Origin: Desulfobacterales bacterium
GTDB lineage: Bacteria; Desulfobacterota; Desulfobacteria; Desulfobacterales; UBA5852
Length of the DNA: 64,000 bases
NCBI GenBank assembly: GCA_963674755.2
Contig: CAXXVS010000003.1
Location: forward strand, 1,024,001 to 1,088,000
Direction: 5' to 3'
Numbering within the stretch: position 1 is the first letter of the stretch; each line of letters opens with the position of its first letter. The translations under genes were made by a program, and so were the position numbers. This document shows, piece by piece, positions 38,898 to 48,480 of the stretch. The notes below the pieces were generated by a model. It was not told the origin of the DNA and searched no databases. It saw only the letters and a list, made by a program, of their open reading frames with translations.

Positions 38898-39929
38898 TCA
38901 ACTGAGCCGCTGCTCGTTCAGACCCGCCAATATGTCATCGGCAAAATAGACCAGACTGCTATAAAATGAGAACACCTGCACCAGTCTTTGGTAATCAAAG
39001 CGTCGTATCAGTCCCTCCCTTCGAATACCGATGAGCTTCGCATGCAATTCTTCAAGGGCCTGGATCAGGTCCTGCCTAACCCCTAGAGAATCGTTTTGCA
39101 CGAATCTCACGAGGGCTTTGCCGCTCACGTCTGCGACCCTCATGAGTTCCCGAGACATGATGATGTCGTAGCCCGCATCGTCGCAGGTATTCAGGGATCG
39201 CACCATGTTGCGTAGATGCTCGACAGAGCGGCTGATGACGGCCACCTTGAGGGCAAAATTTTCCCGGAACGTCTTCTGATAGATCAGGGATTCGTGCCGG
39301 CGCGTTTTCTCCAGCAGGGCATGATTGTCCCAAACCTCGCTGGCCAGCGCGGTGATCAGGGCTTCGTTGACACATTGTTGTCTTGCGATGAAGGCTTCCA
39401 CCAGGATGCGGCACTTGTCGGCGCACGCCCTGGCCTGGTTCTCCAATCGTTGTTTGAGAACGTCGATTTTGCGCTGGGGGAAAACCGCAACGGAAACGGC
39501 AAAGGCGCACAGGATGCCGATCCCGATCTCCAACACCCGCGACAGCCCGAAATGCCAGGCATCCTGGGTTTGCAATCCGGTCATCACAACGATGACCACG
39601 GTGATGGCGGCCATCCGATAGCGTGTTTTGTAGCGGGTCAGAAAACTGCAGATACCGATGGTCAGAAACAGGGCCATGCCGATGAAAACAGGTGTTTTGG
39701 GGATCGTGAGGATCACCAGCACCCCCAGGAGGGCGCCGATCAGGGTGCCGGAAAAACGATAGAGGCACATTTCAACGGAATCGGCGACATAGACCTGCAT
39801 CACGATGACGGTGGAAATCACCGCCCAATAGCCGAACTCGAGATCAAGGGCGGTGGTGACGGCATAGGCCATAACCGCTGCCAGCGCAGTCTTCAAACCA
39901 TGGATGGCATGTCTCGACAGGATGCACAC
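38898..39929 (-). CDS. FUSC/aromatic acid exporter family membrane protein
   Basis: KTALAA..YWAVISTVIVMQ..RFSGTLIGA..R..EIGIG. Confidence 0.85.
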   Translation of the reverse strand: MCILSRHAIHGLKTALAAVMAYAVTTALDLEFGYWAVISTVIVMQVYVADSVEMCLYRFSGTLIGALLGVLVILTIPKTPVFIGMALFLTIGICSFLTRYKTRYRMAAITVVIVVMTGLQTQDAWHFGLSRVLEIGIGILCAFAVSVAVFPQRKIDVLKQRLENQARACADKCRILVEAFIARQQCVNEALITALASEVWDNHALLEKTRRHESLIYQKTFRENFALKVAVISRSVEHLRNMVRSLNTCDDAGYDIIMSRELMRVADVSGKALVRFVQNDSLGVRQDLIQALEELHAKLIGIRREGLIRRFDYQRLVQVFSFYSSLVYFADDILAGLNEQRLS

Positions 39930-40057
39930 GGGGTTTTCCTCCGGAAATATAAGCTGGCGTTCATATACGATATCCGGAAGGAAGGCAAGCCCAGGGATTG
40001 TATCGACGGAAGCGAGGCCGCCACCGGTCGCGCAGGCAGATCAGCGGCCGCTTTGCG

Positions 40058-40495
40058 CTATTGTTGCGGGTGGTCCGCTACGGGCGGGTTCAGGGGCGGC
40101 CGGCATAAAAGGGCATCGCCTTCAAAACCGAATTGGCGGTACCAGATGGCCAATTTTTCGTAGCTGATACAATGATCGTCACCCCTGGATGAGGGGATCG
40201 GTGTCAGGCTCAAAGCAATTTTAAACCGGTCGGCCTGTCGACAGAGGATCGTGAGCATTTTAGTGCCGTTTCCAAGCTTGGGACTGAATACACTGAAATG
40301 ATAGATGTGCACGGCCGCAATGTCGTCATGTACCATAACGGCCATTGCGGCAATACCGAGGATTTGGCCATGACCGTCATCAATGACAACGGGAAAGATT
40401 TCATTCATCTCCTGTGAATAGGCCACGCCAATGGCGACCCGACCCGGATAGCGATCGTAAATGAATTTCAGGTAGCGGTTTTCCTGTTGGCCCAT
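40058..40495 (-). CDS. hypothetical protein, possible GNAT-like fold
   Basis: PKLGNGTKML..AD..L.L and L..WYRQFGF; start uncertain. Confidence 0.55.
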   Translation of the reverse strand: MGQQENRYLKFIYDRYPGRVAIGVAYSQEMNEIFPVVIDDGHGQILGIAAMAVMVHDDIAAVHIYHFSVFSPKLGNGTKMLTILCRQADRFKIALSLTPIPSSRGDDHCISYEKLAIWYRQFGFEGDALLCRPPLNPPVADHPQQ

Positions 40496-40579
40496 AACCT
40501 GGCTTACGTCTCTGTATCCTGATTCACATTGAAGTGATGCGCCGGCCCGATGGTGGCATAAAAGCGGCATGCCGTATCT

Positions 40580-40861
40580 TCAATAACGTCTCTTGAAGGA
40601 TCGGCGTTTTTTCTTTTTACGGCCCGAATCAGCCGGATTGACCTTGATATTACGCCCGTCCATAAATTTGCCGTTCAGGGCTTTGATGGCCTGATCGGCC
40701 TCGGAATTACTGGGCATTTCCACAAACCCGAATCCTTTGGACCGGCCTGCACGGCGGTCCATAATCACCTTGGCCGTTTCCACACTGCCGAATTCGGCAA
40801 ACATGGTCTGTAGATCATCTCCGGTGACGGTTAAAGAAAGATTGCCAATATAGATGTTCAC
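40580..40861 (-). CDS. RRM RNA-binding protein
   Basis: NIYIGNL (RNP2), KGFGFVEM (RNP1), basic tail. Confidence 0.93.
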   Translation of the reverse strand: MNIYIGNLSLTVTGDDLQTMFAEFGSVETAKVIMDRRAGRSKGFGFVEMPSNSEADQAIKALNGKFMDGRNIKVNPADSGRKKKKRRSFKRRY

Positions 40862-40906
40862 GATAGCGTCCTTTCGGCAAGCGCCTGTCTGTGCCCTCGG
40901 TGGACG

Positions 40907-40948
40907 AAAAAGGGCATTTCCTCCCGGCACGGGAGAAAATGCCCTTTT
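40907..40948. terminator. bidirectional terminator-like hairpin
   Basis: AAAAGGGCATTTCCTCCCG-GCA-CGGGAGAAAATGCCCTTTT. Confidence 0.7.
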
Positions 40949-40958
40949 GATTCAAGGA

Positions 40959-41159
40959 TCAGACGATGACGGCGCTATGGGCTGCAGGGCTTTTGGTGCT
41001 TGCGTCGATATCGAAGGGAATCGGATTGTCTTCCCTCGCAGATCTAAAACCGGTCACATCGATTACCATGTGGTGACCGAGGACATCCGGCCCATCTTCG
41101 ACCGCAATGACGCCAAATCCCTTCGGGTCATTAAACCATTCAACGAATGTGCTGTGCAT
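40959..41159 (-). CDS. divergent cold-shock-domain protein
   Basis: 66 aa; VEWFNDPKGFGVI..EDGPDVLGH..GFRS; GGGAGG RBS. Confidence 0.7.
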   Translation of the reverse strand: MHSTFVEWFNDPKGFGVIAVEDGPDVLGHHMVIDVTGFRSAREDNPIPFDIDASTKSPAAHSAVIV

Positions 41160-41420
41160 GGAGCCATCCTCCCTTTTACTGGAACGCTCAATGTCTCAAA
41201 CTGGAGGATGGGCTAGAAGACGAAGATATTTTCCTTCAGAGCAAAACTTCCCGGCTGGATAAGAGGCGGGTTGATTGAGTGCGCCAAGCCTAATACAGGG
41301 TTGGCACAATAGCAAGCGGATTTGTCGTTTGGGTCCCTAACCCGCCAGGGCATCACCCTGTCGTCGCAGGGCAACCAGGGGCTTCGGATGACGGCCAAGA
41401 CGCCGTCATGCGCGCCGCTT

Positions 41421-42068
41421 TCAGCCAAAGTCATCCGGCGGATCGTCGCTCCCCGGGGCCGGCCGGCCCTTCAGCCATGAGGCCAGCACCATACCGAGCA
41501 TGGCCAGGCATTCCATGTCCAGATACGCCGACGCGCGCTGTTCGAAGAGCAGGGTGCATTGGGCCGAAAACTCTTCGTCCTGGTCATCAAACATCATGAG
41601 CAGGGGAACGGTCGGCAGGGCCGGCAGCCGCATCGCCAGATCGCAGGCAAAGGGCGCTTCCGTCGGGGTGCCGCCCAACATGCCGGCAGCCCTGCGAAGC
41701 TTTTCCATACGGCCCGCAAAGGTTTTACTGATGGGCTGCTCGGCCGTGTTGCGGAAGCCGGCGGCAAAAGGCAGTGCATCCTTGAACGTGCGGTAGCGCA
41801 CCCAGCCGGTGTTGGCGGGCGGCTCTTCCGGCGGGCAAAGCAGAAGATATTTACAGAGAATCACGCTTACCGCGTGGCTCGGCCGGAAGCCCTGTTCGTC
41901 GGCCACCGCTTTGCCGGAAACCCGGAACCGGCTTCCGTAGAAAGGGACGACAAGGGCATCGCCGTCGTGTTCCAACCCCAGACGTTCGGCAATGGGCGCT
42001 AGGTTGAGGGCGGCGACCTGGGCCAGGTAATCCGCATAGATTTCATCGAAGACGGCGGCACGCGCCAT
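41421..42068 (-). CDS. DUF3786-family protein
   Basis: VPFYG, ILCKYLL, W..Y..F, ALPTVPL..DQDEEF.A.C.LLF..A..YLDMECLA. Confidence 0.8.
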   Translation of the reverse strand: MARAAVFDEIYADYLAQVAALNLAPIAERLGLEHDGDALVVPFYGSRFRVSGKAVADEQGFRPSHAVSVILCKYLLLCPPEEPPANTGWVRYRTFKDALPFAAGFRNTAEQPISKTFAGRMEKLRRAAGMLGGTPTEAPFACDLAMRLPALPTVPLLMMFDDQDEEFSAQCTLLFEQRASAYLDMECLAMLGMVLASWLKGRPAPGSDDPPDDFG

Positions 42069-42085
42069 GGTTATTCTCCTTTCTC

Positions 42086-42451
42086 CTACCACAATCGCCA
42101 GAGAACCCGCTGCCCCTGCTTTTCCCCGCGGACTTTCTCCATATGACGCAGGGCGGAGAAGGTCCGCTGCAAATCTTCCAGTGAATGCTGGCCGCCCAGT
42201 TTCTCCTGCAAGGCCGTGGGTTCCAGGGGACCTTCGGCCTTCAAGACCCGCAGTATCTCTTTTGGCAGTGGCGTCAGGGGACGGTCGTCGCCGGCGTGTT
42301 TTTCGTAATTCTTGGCGCTGTGTACGGCCCAGGGATCGCAGGTTTTCATCGGCGAAAGGGCCACCATGTAGCAATCTTCACAGAGATGGCGTCCCAGATG
42401 CTCCCTTTCCTCGCCGGGTTCAATCGTGGCATTGCATTCGTCACACCGCAT
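42086..42451 (-). CDS. zinc-finger plus winged-helix-like hypothetical protein
   Basis: MRCDEC..LCEDCY..CDPWAV..FSALRHMEK. Confidence 0.75.
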   Translation of the reverse strand: MRCDECNATIEPGEEREHLGRHLCEDCYMVALSPMKTCDPWAVHSAKNYEKHAGDDRPLTPLPKEILRVLKAEGPLEPTALQEKLGGQHSLEDLQRTFSALRHMEKVRGEKQGQRVLWRLW

Positions 42452-42785
42452 GATTGCCTCCGTTGTTGGTTTGCTGGTTGAGTTCGTCGAGAAGGTGAAG
42501 GGCGCAATAGGCGGCCGTCGGTCCACCGCCGATCAGGATGGCGACCCCGGCGGCTTCGAGAATCTCCTCGCGACGGGCGCCCAGGGCCAGAGCTCCACGG
42601 ACCTGCTCCCGCAGGCAGGGTTCACATCGCAGGGCCGCCGTGACGGCCACCATCATGAGCTTTTTGACCTTGGCGTTCAAAACGCCGTCGCCGGTGGCCG
42701 AGGTTTGCAAGCCGCTAAAGGCGGTCATTACCCCCGGTAATTCTTCATGCAGGGCGGCCAAAGCCGCGTTGAGATTTTGTTTCAT
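42441..42785 (-). CDS. carboxymuconolactone decarboxylase/AhpD-family protein
   Basis: DGVLNAKVKKL..RCEPC..GARREEILEA..GGGP. Confidence 0.9.
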   Translation of the reverse strand: MKQNLNAALAALHEELPGVMTAFSGLQTSATGDGVLNAKVKKLMMVAVTAALRCEPCLREQVRGALALGARREEILEAAGVAILIGGGPTAAYCALHLLDELNQQTNNGGNHAV

Positions 42786-42878
42786 TTGGGTTTCCCTCCT
42801 ATTATGACAAGTCAGGCATCGCCGGGCCCTCAGAGCTGACGGTTTTCGCGGTCGCTTTGGGTGGCGATGCGCTGGAAA

Positions 42879-43397
42879 TCAGGTCCAATTGTGATGCATC
42901 AGCAGAAACTCGGCATCCTCGACGATGTCGAAACGGTGTTCCTGCAGGGCTTTGAACCGAATGGCTTCCCCCGGTCCCAATGCGTAGGTCTGATCGGCCA
43001 CGGCCAATTTCAAGCGTCCTGTAAGCACCAGGCAAACTTCGGCGGTGTTGTCGTGATGCTGCGGCTCGGCGAGTTTGCGCACCCCGCTGCGGGCCTGGAT
43101 ATGGAAGACTTCGAAATGGGGGAAGGCGATATGAGCGCCCCGGATGCCATCGGCCCGAAAGGTTTGGGTGGTGGCCTGTTCGCACTGGGCGATTTCAGAG
43201 AGCCGAATCAATTCGCTGGCTGACTTCTGGAAGACATCGCTCAGGGCGGCAATGGTTTCCAGGGTCGGATTCCCCTCGCCGGCCTCGATTTTGGAAACCG
43301 TCGCCCTGGTGAGGCCGGCCTTCTTAGCGAGCTGTTCGGCGGTGAGCCCCCGTTTCAGGCGGAGCATCCGAAAAACGGAGAAATCGAAGGGTTTCAT
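42879..43397 (-). CDS. XRE-family HTH plus cupin regulator
   Basis: LR..RGLT..QLA..AGL..SKIE.G..NPTL; EVCLVLTG..LGPGEAIRF..H. Confidence 0.88.
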   Translation of the reverse strand: MKPFDFSVFRMLRLKRGLTAEQLAKKAGLTRATVSKIEAGEGNPTLETIAALSDVFQKSASELIRLSEIAQCEQATTQTFRADGIRGAHIAFPHFEVFHIQARSGVRKLAEPQHHDNTAEVCLVLTGRLKLAVADQTYALGPGEAIRFKALQEHRFDIVEDAEFLLMHHNWT

Positions 43398-43559
43398 TGT
43401 CTGGGCGTACCTGAAGGCTGTGTCGTCATATGACAATTATAATGGACATTATCGAAATTAAAATGAACGTAACAATGCGGTCGTGTTTCGTCAAGACGTC
43501 TGTGTCGCGGCTAAGAAGGGGCGTGGCAGGATTTCATACGGGGTCGGCCGGCCGTTGCC

Positions 43560-44684
43560 TCATTGGCGGACGATCACTTTGCCGGTGTCCGAGGTGTCGT
43601 AACCGGGGAGGTGGTCCAACTCCTCCCGGAACGTCCGGGACTGCAGGATGTCCAGTAAAACCCGGACGGCCGGGTGCTCCACCAGATCGCCGGGGATCAC
43701 AAGGTCGCAGCGCACCGTCGCGATGTCGATAAAATCCAGGCCGTAGACCGAGGCTACCACCCGCAGCCCCATGGCCGCGTCGGCGGTGCCGTAAAGCACC
43801 CGCTGGGCGCCTTCGCTGTGGCTGGCGACAAGATCCCCGAAACCGTGCACCGCCTCGGCCGGGATGTGCTCCCGGGCCAGGCGGTCTTCCAGCAGGGAGC
43901 GCAGAGCGGCCCCCGGTTCGCGGTTGACCAGGCGCACCTCCGGGCGGGCCAGGTCCGATACGCCGCGGATTTTCAACGGATTGCCGGGGGCCACCATCAG
44001 CCCTTCCTCGAATTGGGCAAAGCCGATCACCATCCCGCGGAAGTCGCCCAGGATACGGCGGGCCAGGGCCACGTTCGCTTCGGTCTTGCCTGCGCTGTGC
44101 AGATGGGTGCCGGCAATGTGGGTGTGGCCGTTGGCCAGGGATTCCAAGGCGCGCTGGCTCGATGCAAAGCGGCACAGGAGGGAGGAGGCTCCCCGGGATC
44201 GACCGACATGGGCACCGAGGATTTCAAAGGCAGGGTCGCAGCCCATCAGCAGGGCTTTGTGCTCGAGGGTTGCTTCGGGCTGCAGCAAACGCAGGCGGCC
44301 GCTCTTTTTAATAAGGAGGCCGTCGGCCGGCAGCATGTTTTCCCGGAAATCATTTTTACCGATCAGGGGGAAGCCCACCAACTTTCCGCGGACCCGGGCC
44401 AGGGCCAGGCGGGTGTCCCGGTCGGGCGCCCCCTGGCCGATGAGGGTCATCGGAGGGGCTTGCGATGGCGCGTCCAGGGTAAAGATATCTTCGACCCGGC
44501 AATCCAGGATGACAGCCAGACGCAACGCCACGGCCGTATTGGGCAGATAGCGGCCCGACTCCATGTCGTAGATCGCCTGGCGCTGAACCCCGATACGGCG
44601 GGCAAGTCGGGTCTGGGTAAGCCCTTTGGCAAGGCGCAGGGACTTTAAATGGCTGATGATGGGGGGGACGGGGTTTTTAGGCAT
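43560..44684 (-). CDS. HTH plus periplasmic-binding-like (molybdate/tungstate-sensing) regulator
   Basis: N-terminal XRE HTH; GCDPA, HIAGTHL, EEGLMVAPGNP, VNREPGAALR; divergent from modA. Confidence 0.85.
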   Translation of the reverse strand: MPKNPVPPIISHLKSLRLAKGLTQTRLARRIGVQRQAIYDMESGRYLPNTAVALRLAVILDCRVEDIFTLDAPSQAPPMTLIGQGAPDRDTRLALARVRGKLVGFPLIGKNDFRENMLPADGLLIKKSGRLRLLQPEATLEHKALLMGCDPAFEILGAHVGRSRGASSLLCRFASSQRALESLANGHTHIAGTHLHSAGKTEANVALARRILGDFRGMVIGFAQFEEGLMVAPGNPLKIRGVSDLARPEVRLVNREPGAALRSLLEDRLAREHIPAEAVHGFGDLVASHSEGAQRVLYGTADAAMGLRVVASVYGLDFIDIATVRCDLVIPGDLVEHPAVRVLLDILQSRTFREELDHLPGYDTSDTGKVIVRQ

Positions 44685-45008
44685 GGCTTTCCCCTCGTCG
44701 AAGGCAACGGATCCAACTGTCCGGTGTGAACGTCAAATCCTATAGCGGATGATGTCTTGGAATGCAACCGGCCTTGGACATCATCCCGGGTGCACACCCG
44801 GCAACATGTCTGATCGTATGACAGCCGGGCAAATCGTCTTTGGGGGTATTCGTCTCACCGGAACCGGGACACAGGAAGGCATGTCAGCTACAAACGACAT
44901 TATTGAAGATCCGATTTACAATCTTGAAGTTTATGTCGGTCGTCGCAAAGCGTGGCATTCCGTCAATATCCCTTTGATAGTGCCGCTTTTAGTACCCCAA
45001 AGATGTCC

Positions 45009-45024
45009 TGGCATGTTCTGTGCT
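45009..45024 (+). promoter_or_regulatory. sigma54 -24/-12 promoter candidate for modABC
   Basis: TGGCATGTTCTGTGCT (GG-N10-GC). Confidence 0.5.
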
Positions 45025-45038
45025 GAGTAGATTGCCAT

Positions 45039-45056
45039 TGACGTCTAAAGATGTCA
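45039..45056. promoter_or_regulatory. palindromic operator upstream of modA
   Basis: TGACGTCT-AA-AGATGTCA; weaker copy at 45070-45087. Confidence 0.55.
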
Positions 45057-45188
45057 TAGGCTAATTGAATGTACGCTAAAAACGTCAAATGGTCGGCTGT
45101 CAGGCTGGCGAAAGGGGCGCTAAGTCGGGAAAATGTTGTTCAAACATACTGAAAAAATAAACATTTTAACTGTGCGGAGGAAAGGGCG

Positions 45189-45980
45189 ATGAAACAAAAG
45201 TTTTTGAGTAGATCGGCCGTGGCAGGGGCGTTGGCGACAATTCTGGTATTAACGGCCGGTACCGGCCTGGTGTGGGCGGCTTCCGATGCCGTAACGGTGT
45301 TTGCGGCCGCTTCGACGACCAACGCGGTGACCGAGATCGGTGCTCTTTTCAGCCAGCGAAATGAGGAGCGCTTCCTGCCTTCCTTTGCCTCCTCTTCCAC
45401 TTTGGCGAAACAGATCGATAACGGCGCTCCGGCCGATATCTATATTTCGGCCAACAAGAAGTGGATGGCCTATCTGGAGGAAAAGAAGATGATCGAACCG
45501 GGCACCCGCATCGATCTTCTGAGCAACCGCATTGTGTTGATCGTACCGGCCGGCAGTTCCGTGGACCACATCGCGATTGCGCCGGGGTTCGATCTGCTGC
45601 CTTTCATCGGCGATAGCCGCCTGTCCATGGGCGATCCCGACCACGTGCCGGCGGGGATCTACGGCAAGCAGGCCCTGGAAAGCCTGGGGGTGTGGGCCGC
45701 TGTCGAGAGTCACGTGGCCCGCGCCAAGGATGTGCGCGCCGCCCTGGCGCTGGTGGAGCAGGGTGAGGCTTCGCTGGGGTTGGTCTATGCCACGGATGCG
45801 GCCATCTCCAAAAAAGTGCGTGTGGTGGGCACCTTCCCGGAAACCAGCCATCCGCCCATTGTCTATCCCGTGGCGATCGTAGCCGGCAAACAGTCTCCGG
45901 CCACAGACCGCTTCATGGCGCTGCTCCAGTCGCCGGAAGCTAAATCCATATTCGAAAAATACGGGTTTGCGGTGCGCTGA
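45189..45980 (+). CDS. modA: molybdate ABC substrate-binding protein
   Basis: VFAAAS, FASSSTLAKQI..GAPADIYISA, VPAGIY, DVRAAL, VYATDA, HPPIVYP. Confidence 0.96.
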   Translation: MKQKFLSRSAVAGALATILVLTAGTGLVWAASDAVTVFAAASTTNAVTEIGALFSQRNEERFLPSFASSSTLAKQIDNGAPADIYISANKKWMAYLEEKKMIEPGTRIDLLSNRIVLIVPAGSSVDHIAIAPGFDLLPFIGDSRLSMGDPDHVPAGIYGKQALESLGVWAAVESHVARAKDVRAALALVEQGEASLGLVYATDAAISKKVRVVGTFPETSHPPIVYPVAIVAGKQSPATDRFMALLQSPEAKSIFEKYGFAVR

Positions 45981-46678
45981 TGCAGGGATGGATGCTTTCG
46001 CCCGTAGAGATCGAGGCGCTTAAGCTGAGCCTGTGGGTGTCTTTCTGGGCGGTGGCCGGCAGTCTGCCCCTGGGGGTGCTGGTGGCCTGGCTGCTGGCCC
46101 GCCTGGAGTTCCCGGGCAAATCCCTCGTCGACGGACTCATCCACCTGCCCCTGGTGCTCCCGCCGGTGGTGATCGGCTATCTTCTTCTGGTGGGGTTCGG
46201 GCGGCGGGGCATCCTCGGTGCCTGGCTGCATGATCTGGCCGGCATCACCCTGGCGTTCAACTGGAAGGGGGCGGCCGTGGCGGCGGCCGTCATGGCTTTC
46301 CCGCTGATGGTGCGGGCCGTGCGGCTGTCCATCGAGAGCGTGGACCGGGGTGTGGAAGCGGCCGCCCGCACTCTGGGAGCCGGCCCGGGGCGGGTTTTCT
46401 TCACGGTAACGCTGCCTCTGGTCACGCCGGGAATCCTGACCGGCCTGATCCTGGCCTTTGCCCGCAGCCTGGGTGAATTCGGCGCCACGATTACCTTCGT
46501 GTCCAATATCAAGGGCGAAACCCAGACCCTGCCCCTGGCCCTCTATACGTTGACCCAGATGCCCGGGGGAGAAGTGGGCGCCATGCGCCTGTGCCTCATT
46601 TCAGTGGTCATCGCCATGGCGGCCCTGGTGGCCTCGGAAGGCCTGGCCCGCCGGTTTGCCGCCTACATCAAAGGATGA
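45980..46678 (+). CDS. modB: molybdate ABC permease
   Basis: LPLVLPPVVIGY, EAAARTLGA, FARSLGEFGAT. Confidence 0.96.
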   Translation: MQGWMLSPVEIEALKLSLWVSFWAVAGSLPLGVLVAWLLARLEFPGKSLVDGLIHLPLVLPPVVIGYLLLVGFGRRGILGAWLHDLAGITLAFNWKGAAVAAAVMAFPLMVRAVRLSIESVDRGVEAAARTLGAGPGRVFFTVTLPLVTPGILTGLILAFARSLGEFGATITFVSNIKGETQTLPLALYTLTQMPGGEVGAMRLCLISVVIAMAALVASEGLARRFAAYIKG

Positions 46679-46681
46679 TTC

Positions 46682-47800
46682 ATGCTGGACCTGCATCTGA
46701 TCCGACAACAGGGCGATTTCCGGGTGGACGTGGCCTTCCGTTCACCGGAGGTCGGGGTCACCGCGCTTTTCGGCCGCTCCGGGGCCGGCAAGACCTCGCT
46801 GGTCAACATGGTGGCCGGCCTGGTGCGTCCGGACCAGGGACACATCGTCGTCAACGGTCGAACCCTTTTTGATGCCACCCAAGGCCTTCATGTCCCTCCG
46901 GAAAAACGGCGCATCGGCTATATCTTCCAGGACGGTCGCCTGTTCCCCCATCTGTCGGTCAAATCCAACCTGACCTATGGCATGCGGCGTACAGTGTCCT
47001 CCGAGCAGGGTGTCAGCCTGGATGACGTGGTGGATCTTCTGGGCATCGGGCACCTGCTCCATCGGCGACCGGCCAAATTGTCGGGGGGCGAAAAACAGCG
47101 CGTCGCTATCGGCCGGGCCTTGCTGACCAGTCCGTCCCTGCTGCTCATGGACGAGCCCCTGGCCTCTCTCGACCGGAGCCGCAAAGCCGAAGTGCTGCCC
47201 TTCCTGTCCCGCTTGTGCAGTGAATTGTCGACCCCCATCCTCTATGTCAGCCATTCTCTGGAAGAGGTGCTCAACCTGGCCGATACCATGGTGCTGCTGG
47301 ATCAGGGCCGGGTGGCCGCGGCGGGGTCCCTCGAGGATCTCATGAACCGCCGCGATTTGCAGCGCTTGACCGGGGCCGCCGATCTGGGGGCGGTGATTGC
47401 AACCACGGTGGATGATCATCTGGACGGCCTGACGCGACTTCGTTTCCCGGGCGGGGGCCTCTGGGTGCCTGAAGTGGCCGCACCCCGGGGAAGCCGGCTG
47501 AGGGTCCGCATCGGCGCCCGCAACGTGGCCATCGCCCTGCAGGCACCTCCGGAAACCAGCATCCAGAACATCTTCCCGGGCCAGGTGACCGCCATCACGG
47601 AGGGGCCCGCAAAGCTGCTGGATGTTCAGATGGATATCGGCTGCCCCCTGCTGGCCCGGATTACCCCCCGGGCCTTGAGCACCCTTGCCCTTGCCCCCGG
47701 GAAACGCGTTTTTGCCATGGTGAAAAGTGTCGCGGTCTCCAGAGGCCACCTGAACGTTCCGCTAGATATGAACACCGATTCCCAGAGGAGAACGTTATGA
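46682..47800 (+). CDS. modC: molybdate ABC ATPase with TOBE domain
   Basis: GRSGAGKT, FQDGRLFPHL, LSGGEKQR, SIQN, C-terminal mop/TOBE. Confidence 0.96.
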   Translation: MLDLHLIRQQGDFRVDVAFRSPEVGVTALFGRSGAGKTSLVNMVAGLVRPDQGHIVVNGRTLFDATQGLHVPPEKRRIGYIFQDGRLFPHLSVKSNLTYGMRRTVSSEQGVSLDDVVDLLGIGHLLHRRPAKLSGGEKQRVAIGRALLTSPSLLLMDEPLASLDRSRKAEVLPFLSRLCSELSTPILYVSHSLEEVLNLADTMVLLDQGRVAAAGSLEDLMNRRDLQRLTGAADLGAVIATTVDDHLDGLTRLRFPGGGLWVPEVAAPRGSRLRVRIGARNVAIALQAPPETSIQNIFPGQVTAITEGPAKLLDVQMDIGCPLLARITPRALSTLALAPGKRVFAMVKSVAVSRGHLNVPLDMNTDSQRRTL

Positions 47801-48303
47801 CCATTCAGTTTAAACCCATCGGGTACTTTTCGACCCCCTTCAAGGAAGTGCGCGGCATGCCGATCCAGCCTACCGGCGCCAAAGGCGTCTACGGCGCCAT
47901 CACCATCCTTCCGGAATATCGCGAAGGGCTAACGGATCTGGAAGGCTTTTCCCATGTTTTCGTGCTCTACCACCTGCACGAGATTCAAGGCTACCATCTC
48001 AGGGTGACACCATTTCTGGATACCTGCCAGCACGGCATCTTCGCCACCCGCTCACCCAAACGGCCCAATCCCATCGGCCTGTCCGTGATGCGGCTCGACA
48101 CGGTTTCCGAGGATCTGGTGGTTCTCGAAAACGTGGACGTGCTGGACGGCACCCCGGTCATCGACATCAAGCCCTACGTACCGGACTTCGATATCTGGCA
48201 GGCTGACGCTATCGGCTGGTTCGCGGGAAAATCAAACCACGCGGAGCAGCACAAAAGCGACGAGCGTTTCGCCTCTTTCGAGCAGGAGCGCGTGGGGACC
48301 TAG
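47797..48303 (+). CDS. tsaA: TsaA/TrmO (YaeB)-like SAM-binding protein
   Basis: PIG, GLTDLEGFSH, GIFATRSPKRPNPIGLS, DVLDGTPVIDIKPY. Confidence 0.9.
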   Translation: MTIQFKPIGYFSTPFKEVRGMPIQPTGAKGVYGAITILPEYREGLTDLEGFSHVFVLYHLHEIQGYHLRVTPFLDTCQHGIFATRSPKRPNPIGLSVMRLDTVSEDLVVLENVDVLDGTPVIDIKPYVPDFDIWQADAIGWFAGKSNHAEQHKSDERFASFEQERVGT

Positions 48304-48480
48304 ACATGGCGGAATTTATTCTGTGTCTATTTTTCCGAGGTGGACATGCCGGACGGAACCCCGCTTTTAGATATTAAACCCTATGTGACCTATTTCGACT
48401 ACCGGGAAAAGATGCGTTGCGGCTGGTATGAAAAACATTTTAATGACGGCCGCACCCCCGAAAGAGCGATTTTGAAATAG
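48304..48480 (+). pseudogene. C-terminal fragment of a second TsaA-like gene
   Basis: VYFSEVDMPDGTPLLDIKPYVTYFD..GWY, in the same frame directly after the tsaA TAG. Confidence 0.7.

Noticed and set aside
42441..42785. Possible Sec in the AhpD-like CxxC motif
   Set aside because: The codons are TGT and TGC; there is no in-frame TGA.
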